Part shown: piece by piece, positions 9,950 to 17,461 of the stretch
Layout of the letters: each line of letters starts with the position of its first letter
Numbering within the stretch: position 1 is the first letter of the stretch
Assembly: GCA_035695825.1 (NCBI GenBank)
Contig: DASRRH010000010.1
Span: 3,806 to 67,805 of the forward strand
Reading direction: 5' to 3'
From: Planctomycetota bacterium
GTDB lineage: Bacteria > Planctomycetota > UBA1135 > JAKEFM01
Length of the DNA stretch: 64,000 nucleotides
Notes under the pieces: model-generated
Seen by the model: the letters and a program-made list of their open reading frames with translations, nothing else
Told to the model about the DNA's origin: nothing
Database searches by the model: none
Translations under genes and position numbers: made by a program

Positions 9950-11223
9950 GACGGGGCCGCCGCCTCGCGGGCGCGGCGGGCGATCCCGGCGGCGTCGGCG
10001 AGGTCGACCTCGACCTCCTCCCCCTTGGAGAGGTCCCGGAGCCGTCCCCGGCCCCGCGCGACCTCCTCTCCACCGAGGACGAGGAGTGCGCGGGCTCCGA
10101 GACGGTTCGCGAGGCGCAGCTGCCCCTTCAGGCTCTTCCCCTCGTGATCGAGGTCGGAGGCGATCCCCTCGCGGCGGACGCGATCGACGAGGGCGAACGC
10201 GGCCTCCCGCGTCTCCTCCCCCGCGCAGGCGACGAAGAGGTCGAGCTCCCGCGCCGGCCCGGGGGGGGTCCCGGCCCTCTCCCGGACCGCGAGGAGGGTC
10301 GGGCTCACCCCGATCGCGAAGCCGACCGCGCCGAGCGAGGGCCCGCCGAGCTCCTCGATCAGGTGGTCGTAGCGCCCCCCGCCGCACAGGGCCGAGCGGG
10401 CGCCGAGCGAGGGAAGGTGGACCTCGAAGACGGTGCGCGTGTAGTAGTCGAAGCCGCGGACGATCTGTGGATCGATCGCCGCCTTCCTCCCGACCGCGTC
10501 GAGGCCGCGCCGCACCGATTCGAAGTGGCGGAGGTTCTCGGGGGAGAGCGAGTCGAGGATCGCCGGGGCCTTCGAGGAGATCGCGCGGCAGCGCTCGTTC
10601 TTGCAGTCGAGGACGCGGAAGACGTTCCGCTCGAACCGCGACCGGCAGGTCTCGCAATACTCCTCGAGCCGCGCGGCGACGAAGGCCCGCAGCTTCTCTC
10701 GATAGGAGTCGCGGTCGGCGCCGTCCCCCATCGAATTGATGCGCACCTCGACCTCGGGGAGGCCCACCCGCTCGAAGAAAGAGGCGGCGAGGTGGATCGC
10801 CTCGGCGTCGAGGAGGGGATCGAGGGAGCCGAGGGCCTCGATCCCGACCTGGTCGAACTGGCGCTCCCGCCCCTTCTGCGGGCGCTCGTAGCGGAACATC
10901 GGTCCGACGTAGAAGAACTTCCGCAGCGGCCGGTCCTTCGGGAGGCTCGCCTCGAGGTAGGCGCGGACGACGCCGGCGGTCCCCTCCGGCCGGAACGTGT
11001 AGGAGTCCCCCTCCCGGACGACCGTGAACATCTCCTTCTCGACGATGTCGGTCGCCTCCCCGATCGAACGCGCGAAGAGGGCCGTCTCCTCGAAGAGGGG
11101 GGGACGGATCTCGCGGTAGCCCGCCGTCCGGAAGAGATCCCGGGCGGCGCGTTCGACCCCCTCGTGCTCGAGGACCTCGTCGGGAAGGAGGTCGCGGGCC
11201 CCCCGCGGCGCGCGGCATCGCAT
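9946..11223 (-). CDS. hisS: histidine--tRNA ligase
   Basis: 425 aa: PRGARDLLPDE, FRPEGTAGVVRAY, YVGPMFRYERPQKGRERQFDQVGIE, GGGRYD. Confidence 0.95.
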   Translation of the reverse strand: MRCRAPRGARDLLPDEVLEHEGVERAARDLFRTAGYREIRPPLFEETALFARSIGEATDIVEKEMFTVVREGDSYTFRPEGTAGVVRAYLEASLPKDRPLRKFFYVGPMFRYERPQKGRERQFDQVGIEALGSLDPLLDAEAIHLAASFFERVGLPEVEVRINSMGDGADRDSYREKLRAFVAARLEEYCETCRSRFERNVFRVLDCKNERCRAISSKAPAILDSLSPENLRHFESVRRGLDAVGRKAAIDPQIVRGFDYYTRTVFEVHLPSLGARSALCGGGRYDHLIEELGGPSLGAVGFAIGVSPTLLAVRERAGTPPGPARELDLFVACAGEETREAAFALVDRVRREGIASDLDHEGKSLKGQLRLANRLGARALLVLGGEEVARGRGRLRDLSKGEEVEVDLADAAGIARRAREAAAPS

Positions 11224-11382
11224 GGCGCGGGGTTATAGCCCTGGCGGCGCCCCCCCCGCCAACCGGAGGGGGACGCCGGCGCCTGCCGCCCGTGCACGAG
11301 GACGATCGGCCGGGGGAGGAGGGCCGCGGCGAGCGCCCCCGACCGGAGGATCGACCGGGCCATCCGTCTCGCGCAAGCAAAG

Positions 11383-11548
11383 GAGGCTGCCCGTTCCCGA
11401 CGCTCCCGGAGAGGCGCGCCTCCCCCTGACGGAAAGGCCTCGCCCGGAACGGCCCTACGAAAGGTGAGCCCGCCGCTCGGCGAGAAGGCAGGTAAGCCTT
11501 GATGCGAGGACGCGCCAAGAGAGAGAGGCCGGGATGCGGGCAGCCTCC
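11383..11548. other. candidate structured RNA element (long-range helix) in a 485-bp gene-free gap; identity and strand unknown
   Basis: ggaggctgcccg (11383-11394) is the exact reverse complement of cgggcagcctcc (11537-11548). Further imperfect pairings lie inside (tcccgg/ccggga, ggcgcgcctc/gaggacgcgcc, ctcgcc/ggcgag). Confidence 0.2.
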
Positions 11549-11708
11549 GTTCGAACGACCAGGGATGCGCTCGGTCCGCGCTTTATCGAGCGCCCCTTCA
11601 TACGGAGAGGGAGGAGGAATGATGGGCACCGGGAAGCGCGATTGACCCCCTCGGCGGGCGCCGCTAGCCTGCTCGAATCCGCCTCCCCCGCCCCTTCAGG
11701 AGAGCCCG

Positions 11709-11897
11709 ATGAGACGAATCCTCGCCGCCGCCGTCCTCGCCCTCCTCGCCTTCGGCGCGGCCGGCTGCCGCACGATCGGCTTCTGGGTTGAGGACGTGAG
11801 CAATCACGTGACGGTCATGCGCCGGGACCTCAACTCCGTGCACCGGACCTTCGACCGGTACTTCCTGAACTACGACTGGGAGGATCCCTACCTCTAG
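11709..11897 (+). CDS. small predicted lipoprotein
   Basis: 62 aa: MRRILAAAVLALLAFGAAGC (signal peptide + lipobox Cys), preceded by aggagag. The non-repetitive sequence ends ...YDWEDPYL. Confidence 0.55.
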   Translation: MRRILAAAVLALLAFGAAGCRTIGFWVEDVSNHVTVMRRDLNSVHRTFDRYFLNYDWEDPYL

Positions 11898-12892
11898 CCC
11901 GCCGTTCCCCCGGGGGAGGAGCCCGGGGAGGAAGACGCCTCGCCCCCTCGAGGGAGGGGAGGGATCTCGAGCTTGACGGCCACCCGCGCCGCGACATCGC
12001 GGGGATCGTCGTCCTCTCCGACGTCGATCCACCGCAGGTCCGGGTAGCTCCGGAACCAGGTCCTCTGGCGGCGGGCGAACGCGCGGGTCGCCTTGATCAC
12101 GGCGAGCCGGCACTCCTCGAGGGAGAGCCTCCCGTCGAGGTGATCGAGGACCTCCCGGTAGCCGAGGGCCTGGGCGGACTGGGGACCGAAACCCCCGCCG
12201 TCCCGGATCCGGGCGACTTCCACCACGAGCCCCCGGGCGAACATCGCCTCGACGCGCCGCGCGATCCGCCGGTGGAGTGCGTCGAGATCCATCCGGAGGC
12301 CGACGAGGACGCGGTCGCGCTCCGTTCGGGGGTTCGCCCAGTCGCTCTGGAGCTCCGAGATCGGGCAGCCCGTCAGTCGCCACACCTCGAGGGCGCGGAC
12401 GACCCGCTTGACGTCGTTCGGGTGGAGGCGGGAAGCCGCGACCGGATCGACCGCGGCGAGCTCCCGGTGGAGCGCGAGACCTCCCTCCTCTCTCGCACGG
12501 CGGTGGAGCTCTTCCCGGAGACGGGCGTCGGGGGGCGCGCCCGTGAGGAGGCCGTGCGTGAGCGCGCGGAGGTAGAGGCCCGTCCCTCCCACGAAGAGGG
12601 GAAGGGCACCCCGAGCCTCGACCGCCGCGGCCGCCGACTCCGCGAGGGCGAGGTAACGGGCGACGTTGAACGACTCGGCCGGGGTGACCAGGTCGATCCC
12701 GTGGTGCGGGAGGACCGCGCGCTCCGCGGCCGTCGGCTTCGCCGTCCCGATGTCCATCCCCCGGAAGACCTGCATCGAGTCCATCGAGATCGCCTCGATC
12801 GGGGCGAACCGGGCGAGCGCGAGAGCCACCGCCGTCTTCCCCGAGGCGGTCGGGCCGACGAGGAAGCGGTAGCGAAGGTAGCCGCGCGGCAA
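11894..12892 (-). CDS. miaA: tRNA dimethylallyltransferase
   Basis: 332 aa: LVGPTASGKTAVAL, MDSMQVFRGMDIGTAKP, HHGIDL, VGGTGLYLRAL. Confidence 0.93.
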   Translation of the reverse strand: MPRGYLRYRFLVGPTASGKTAVALALARFAPIEAISMDSMQVFRGMDIGTAKPTAAERAVLPHHGIDLVTPAESFNVARYLALAESAAAAVEARGALPLFVGGTGLYLRALTHGLLTGAPPDARLREELHRRAREEGGLALHRELAAVDPVAASRLHPNDVKRVVRALEVWRLTGCPISELQSDWANPRTERDRVLVGLRMDLDALHRRIARRVEAMFARGLVVEVARIRDGGGFGPQSAQALGYREVLDHLDGRLSLEECRLAVIKATRAFARRQRTWFRSYPDLRWIDVGEDDDPRDVAARVAVKLEIPPLPRGGEASSSPGSSPGGTAG

Positions 12893-12904
12893 CGCGGAGC
12901 CCGC

Positions 12905-14185
12905 TCAGGCGGGGAGGAGGACCGAGACCGCGAGCCGATCCGGCCGGAAGAGGCGCCGGAGCCACTCCTGCGCCTCCTCGAGTCGCGCCTCCTCCAGGGC
13001 GCGCACGTGGGCGAAGGGAGGAAGCCCGCGCAGGGCCTCCCGCAGGTGACCCATGGCCGTCGACTCGGAGGACTGGTAGCGGCGGACCGCCGAGCCGACA
13101 TGGCGACGCCGGACGCGCTCGAAGTCCTCCGGCCGGATCCCCTCGCGCTTCGCGCGCTCGAGCGTGACGAGGAGCTCCTCCCGGAACCGGGCGGGCTCGC
13201 TCGTCTCCCCGCCGAGGACGGTGAAGGCGAAGTCGGTCTCGACGGTCGCGGAGGCGGAGAAGGACTCGTCGATCACCCCCCGGCGGTAGAGGTCCTGGAA
13301 GACCTCGCTCGAGCGCCCGAAGAGCGCCTCGAGCGCGAAGCCCCCGGCGAGATCCTCCCGGATCAACGCCTCCCCGGGGCCGGGCCCGCCGTCGGATCGG
13401 AAGCCGAGGAGGACGCGGGGCCGGGAGATCGTCATCTTCTCTTCCACCTCGCGGGTCCGGACCTCTCCTTCCTCCGACACGGGGAGCGCCGCCCCCTCCG
13501 GTCCCTCCCATCCCGCGACCCACCCCTCGATCCGGGAGAGGAGCGCCTCCGGGTCGAAGTCCCCCGCGGCGACGAGGACGAGGTTCCCCGGCCGATAGAA
13601 GGCGCGGTGGCATCGCAGGCAGTCCTCCGCCGTGATCGACCGGACGGAATCGACCGTCCCGCCGGGAGGATTGCGGACCGGATGGCGCTCGTAGAGGGCT
13701 CCGAGCAGGTTGAAGAAGACCCGCCAGCCGGGGTTGTCGAGATACATCCGGATCTCCTGCTCGATGATCCCCTTCTCCTTCTCGACGCGCTCGGGCGTGA
13801 TCGAGGGGTTCTGGACGAAATCGAGGAGGAAGGCGAGGCAGGTCTCGAAGTGGTCCGTGCAGGTGAAGTAGTAGTGCGTCGTCCGGAATGAGGTCGCCGC
13901 GTTGCAGGCCGCCCCGAGCTCGGCGTAACGCTGGAAGACGGGGACGGTCCGACCCTCGAAGAGCTTGTGCTCGAGGAAGTGGGCGACTCCGTCGGGCACC
14001 CGGGTGGGCGCCCCGCCAGGCCCCTCGACGAACTCCCGGTCGCAGGAGCCGAACCGCACCCCGAGGACGCCCGTCGCCCGAACCTGCCCGGGCTTGCGCG
14101 CGAGGAGGACGGGGAGGCCCCGCACCCGCGCCCGGCGCGCCTCTTCCCCGATGCGCGCCTCGACGATCCGGTCCGAGGGAATCAC
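12905..14185 (-). CDS. M16 (pitrilysin) family zinc peptidase, catalytic-type subunit
   Basis: A GTG at 14185 overlaps the upstream stop (GTGA). Contains the inverted zinc motif HFLEHKLF and downstream EKEKGIIEQEI. Confidence 0.85.
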   Translation of the reverse strand: MIPSDRIVEARIGEEARRARVRGLPVLLARKPGQVRATGVLGVRFGSCDREFVEGPGGAPTRVPDGVAHFLEHKLFEGRTVPVFQRYAELGAACNAATSFRTTHYYFTCTDHFETCLAFLLDFVQNPSITPERVEKEKGIIEQEIRMYLDNPGWRVFFNLLGALYERHPVRNPPGGTVDSVRSITAEDCLRCHRAFYRPGNLVLVAAGDFDPEALLSRIEGWVAGWEGPEGAALPVSEEGEVRTREVEEKMTISRPRVLLGFRSDGGPGPGEALIREDLAGGFALEALFGRSSEVFQDLYRRGVIDESFSASATVETDFAFTVLGGETSEPARFREELLVTLERAKREGIRPEDFERVRRRHVGSAVRRYQSSESTAMGHLREALRGLPPFAHVRALEEARLEEAQEWLRRLFRPDRLAVSVLLPA

Positions 14186-15462
14186 GCCTTCCTCTTCCCT
14201 CCCGGATGCAGGAGGAACACCGTGTCGAGCCAGACCCGGCCCGCCGCCTCGACGACGGCCCCCGGGCCCGCCGCGGCGACGGCCGCCTCCTCGTCGGAGG
14301 GAAGGGGGGAGCGGCCGAGCAGGGCCCGCTCGACCGCGTAGGCGATCAGGCCCGAAGGGCTGTCGTCGAGGCCGCGCAGCCGGGTCCGGAGCGCGCGCTT
14401 CCCGGCGACCATCTCGGCGTCGTCGATCTCCCCCCGGCGAAGGGCCTCGACCTGCGCGAGGCAGAGCTCCGTCACCTCCTCCTCTTTCCCGGGGTCGATG
14501 CCGGCCTGGACGACGAGGAGCCCCTTCGGGCGCTCGAGGGAGGCCGAGGCGTAGTAGGCAAGCGAGCGCTCCTCCCGGACCTTCCGGAAGAGCTTCGAGA
14601 AGGGTCCACCGCCGAGGAGGGTCGTGAAGAGCGCGAGCCCGGGGTCCTCCTCGGGTCCCGAGCGCCTCGCCACGCGGAACCCGAGGACGAGCTTCGCCTG
14701 GTCGATGTCCATCTCCTCGTCGAAGCGCCGCCGGGGACGGTCCGGGGGGGGGACCGGCTCGGGCGGAGTCTCGACCCGGCGCGTCCCGAGCGCCTCGGCG
14801 AGCGTCCGCGCCTGCGCCTCGACCACCGCCGGCTCGGCCGGCCCGACGACGAACATGTCGGCCGGAGCCGACCGGAGGATCGAGCGGTGGCGCGCGACGA
14901 CCGCCTCGTTCCCCGCCGCACGGATCGTCTCGGGAGTGCCGTAGGGGTAGTTCGCGTAAGGCTCTCCCTCGCACATCCGGGCGAGGCAGCGCTCGGTCGC
15001 GTACGAGATCCGGTCGTCGAGGAGCCCCTCGACGACCCGCGCGAGGTTCTCCCGCTCCTGCTCGAACACGTCGGCCGGGAACCGGCCGTCCTCGAGGCGC
15101 GGCTCGAGCAAAAGCTCGCGCAGGAACTCGAGCCCCTCCGCGAGAACGTCCGCGCGCTCGGGGAGGTGGCGAGGGGCGACGACGTCGACCGCGAGGTCGA
15201 GCACCTGGCGCTCCCCGACCCGCGAGACGTCCCCGTCGAGCGCCGCGCCGTAGAGGTCGTCGAGACGCCGGCCGATCGACACGAGGTCGGGGTGGAAGCG
15301 CGTCCCCCGGCGGAGCAGCGGGGGAAGCAGGGCCGCCTCGGCCGCCCGCGGGGTGAGCGGGAGGTGGAAGACGACGCGGCAGGTGACCGACTTGAAGCGG
15401 TCGACGGGGAGACGGTGGAGGAAGATCCCCTCCCCCACTCGGAGCCTCTCGAACGCGGGCAT
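14182..15462 (-). CDS. M16 family peptidase-like protein lacking HxxEH (non-catalytic partner)
   Basis: 426 aa of M16-like length and layout (FEQERENLARVVEGLLDDRISYATE...), with no HxxEH motif. Translationally coupled to the downstream M16 gene. Confidence 0.8.
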   Translation of the reverse strand: MPAFERLRVGEGIFLHRLPVDRFKSVTCRVVFHLPLTPRAAEAALLPPLLRRGTRFHPDLVSIGRRLDDLYGAALDGDVSRVGERQVLDLAVDVVAPRHLPERADVLAEGLEFLRELLLEPRLEDGRFPADVFEQERENLARVVEGLLDDRISYATERCLARMCEGEPYANYPYGTPETIRAAGNEAVVARHRSILRSAPADMFVVGPAEPAVVEAQARTLAEALGTRRVETPPEPVPPPDRPRRRFDEEMDIDQAKLVLGFRVARRSGPEEDPGLALFTTLLGGGPFSKLFRKVREERSLAYYASASLERPKGLLVVQAGIDPGKEEEVTELCLAQVEALRRGEIDDAEMVAGKRALRTRLRGLDDSPSGLIAYAVERALLGRSPLPSDEEAAVAAAGPGAVVEAAGRVWLDTVFLLHPGGKRKA

Positions 15463-15468
15463 TGGTAG

Positions 15469-16056
15469 TTACTGGCGCGGCATCCTCGAGTCGAGGAGCC
15501 GGTTCCAGCCACCCCTTTCAAACCGTGCGTGCGGGTTTCCCGCACACGGCTTACCGAGAGTCTTCGCAGACGTGGCGTTCACGGGGTAGCACACGGTACC
15601 GCGCAGGCGATGGAGTCCCAGGGCGTGGAGCCGGGCAGCGGGCCAGCGATCGAAGCGAAAGCTCGTCCGCTGACCGCCCCGCCTCCACATCCAGCGGGCG
15701 AGCCGGTCGCGCACGTACTCGTCGAGCTGGGTGAACTTCAAGGCGGCGTTGCCGGTCTTGAAGTAGTTCCCCCAGCCGCGAAGGACGGGGTTCAGCGTCG
15801 CGATGACCGCCTTCACGTCCTTCGCTCCGCCCCGACTCGCGTCCGTCAGGTCATGGACGCGCTCGCGCACCCGCCTCCACGCTTCCCGCAGGACGTCACC
15901 CCTGCAGATCCGGTCGTAAAGCGCGTGGAAGCGCCGTGTCCTGCTCCGCTTGGCACACCTGTAAAGCGTGCGCTGGAGTTCTCGCACTTTTTCGTCGGGG
16001 TTGTTGGGCCTCACGGCCATGCCCTCGCGCTTACCCCCAGCGCACGCACGACCCAA
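15469..16056 (-). CDS. group II intron-encoded protein remnant: N-terminal segment joined in frame to the maturase (X) domain, RT core deleted
   Basis: VRELQRTLYRCAKRSRTRRFHALYDRICRGDVLREAWRRVRE is joined directly to RVHDLTDASRGG..VIATLNPVLRGWGNYFK...LDEYVRDRLARWMW. The likelier start is MAVRPN at 16020. The tail GKPCAGNPHARFERGGWNRLLDSRMPRQ is a read-through of DV/DVI RNA. Confidence 0.75.
   Translation of the reverse strand: MGRACAGGKREGMAVRPNNPDEKVRELQRTLYRCAKRSRTRRFHALYDRICRGDVLREAWRRVRERVHDLTDASRGGAKDVKAVIATLNPVLRGWGNYFKTGNAALKFTQLDEYVRDRLARWMWRRGGQRTSFRFDRWPAARLHALGLHRLRGTVCYPVNATSAKTLGKPCAGNPHARFERGGWNRLLDSRMPRQ
15520..15552 (-). other. group II intron domain V
   Basis: The minus strand reads AAGCCGUGUGCGGGAAACCCGCACGCACGGUUU. 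It has an AGC triad in the lower stem, a 2-nt bulge on the 3' strand and a GAAA-type apical loop. Confidence 0.85.
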
Positions 16057-16596
16057 GCAGGGCTCCTTCCCTCCGGCGGCTTGTGCGGACCGCCTTCACC
16101 GGTACTACGAGCCCCTCGGACTCCCTCCCGGCTCCGGTCGCTTTCGGCCTCCGGCGTTATGCGCCCGGTCTTCGCCCGACGTGGCCGCCGGGGAGGGTCT
16201 CTCCTGTTCCGCTCCTCACTACTACTTTCGCTACGTCCCGCGCCCTCTACCCCGGGGAGGGCCAGCGACCCATCCGAATGAAGATCGCTGTCCATGGCCT
16301 TCGCCGCGAGATGCCCGGCTCGGCCCTCCCAAACGCCTTTCGGCTGATAATCTGACGAGGCGGCAGGCTTCACTTGATGTTGCGGGCCGCAGCTTCGCTC
16401 CCTCCACGGCCGGAGGCTTTCGATGCCCCGCTCGGCCTCCGACCTCTCGGCCGGGGGCTGGGGCCTGCTACCGGGCGCTTCGGCGCCTACCCGGGCGGGA
16501 CTCTCACCCGCAAGCGAGGGGCAGTTCTCAGGACGCACCACCGGCGGATTTTAGGGGTGCCCCTCGCCCGGCCCGCATCCTTTCCCTCTCCGCCGT

Positions 16597-17433
16597 ATGC
16601 TCCCCGGCCCCATGGATCCGCGCGCGCTCCTTCTCCTCCTCGCCCAGGACTCGGCTCCCGCTTCGCGCCCGGACCCTCCCCTTCCCCCCGAAGTTGCCGA
16701 GATCGTCGAGAAGGCCGCCCGCGCGCAGTTTCCCGACGGCCGCGAAGCCGGAGAGGTCCGCGACTTTTCCCTCACGTTCGACTTCATCGTCCGCGACGAG
16801 GAGAGGAGCAACGAAGTCACCGCGGAGCACGCCTTCGCCCTCCCGAACCGCGTCCGGACGCAGGTGAGGGACGCCGCGACCCGCGTCACCGTGGCGACCG
16901 GATTCGACGGCCGGCGCTACTGGGTCCGGGACGACAAGGGGACGACGATCCTCGAGGGGCGGGAGCACCGCGACGCGCGCCAGGAGATCGACGAGCGCGT
17001 GCGCCTCTCGCGGGACCTCGCGGCCGTGTTCTCCATCCGGCGCCTCGTCGAGCGGCTCGGGGGGGTGCGGCGCCTCGCCGACGAGACGGAGGAAGGGCAT
17101 CCCCTCGCCGTCCTCGAAGGGGAGAGCGCCGCCTTCGGTCCGGTCCGGCGCGCGGGGGTCGAGCGCGTGCGCCTTCGGGTCCGAATCGACCGGGAGACCG
17201 GAGACCTCTTCGACGTCCTCGCCACGCCCCTCCCAGCGGGCGAGGACGGACCGCGCGCCGAGCCCGAGCGATTCCAGTTCTTCGAGTTCCGCGTCCAGGC
17301 CGGCGTCCGCCTGCCGGGGCGGATCACGGTCACGATCGGCGCCGCGGAGCGGCCGAACTACGTGATCGGCCGGATCCGGGGGCTCCGGCTCAACCCCGGG
17401 CTTCCGGACGAGACCTTCGCTCCGCCCGGGTGA
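16597..17433 (+). CDS. hypothetical secreted protein
   Basis: 278 aa of non-repetitive, balanced composition (FSLTFDFIVRDEERSNEVTAEHAFALPNRVRTQV...RYWVRDDKGTTILEG...). The N-terminus is hydrophobic (ALLLLLAQ). I recognise no family. Confidence 0.6.
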   Translation: MLPGPMDPRALLLLLAQDSAPASRPDPPLPPEVAEIVEKAARAQFPDGREAGEVRDFSLTFDFIVRDEERSNEVTAEHAFALPNRVRTQVRDAATRVTVATGFDGRRYWVRDDKGTTILEGREHRDARQEIDERVRLSRDLAAVFSIRRLVERLGGVRRLADETEEGHPLAVLEGESAAFGPVRRAGVERVRLRVRIDRETGDLFDVLATPLPAGEDGPRAEPERFQFFEFRVQAGVRLPGRITVTIGAAERPNYVIGRIRGLRLNPGLPDETFAPPG

Positions 17434-17461
17434 GGCGGGACGCCCGGTCGGTCGGCGCGCC

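Larger units (their letters stand above)
15465..16548 (-). mobile_element. group II intron (about 1.08 kb) with a degenerate intron-encoded ORF
   Basis: The minus strand starts GUGCGUCCUGAGAAC at 16548. Domain V lies at 15520-15552. A DVI-like helix (GGUGGCUGG.../...CCAG-UAA-CUACC) has a bulged UAA. A maturase ORF sits where domain IV should be. The 3' end is uncertain by a few nt (15461-15465). Confidence 0.85.

Noticed and set aside
11224-11708. tmRNA, RNase P RNA, SRP RNA or a T-box leader in the hisS-upstream gap
   Set aside because: I checked both strands by eye for GGAAAGUCC plus ACAGAA..GGCUUA, a tRNA-like acceptor/T-arm with a tag ORF, GGAAGGAAGCAGCC, and the T-box GGGUGGUACCGCG. Only loose partial resemblances were found, so no named RNA is called.
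15469-15555. Protein tail GKPCAGNPHARFERGGWNRLLDSRMPRQ as a possible conserved peptide domain
   Set aside because: It is the literal translation of group II intron domains V and VI. The conservation of such peptides in databases reflects RNA conservation, not protein conservation.
16011-16541. 176-aa ORF (minus) upstream of the intron maturase remnant
   Set aside because: It lies within intron domains I-III, which are structured RNA. The sequence is arbitrary and shows no protein-like features.
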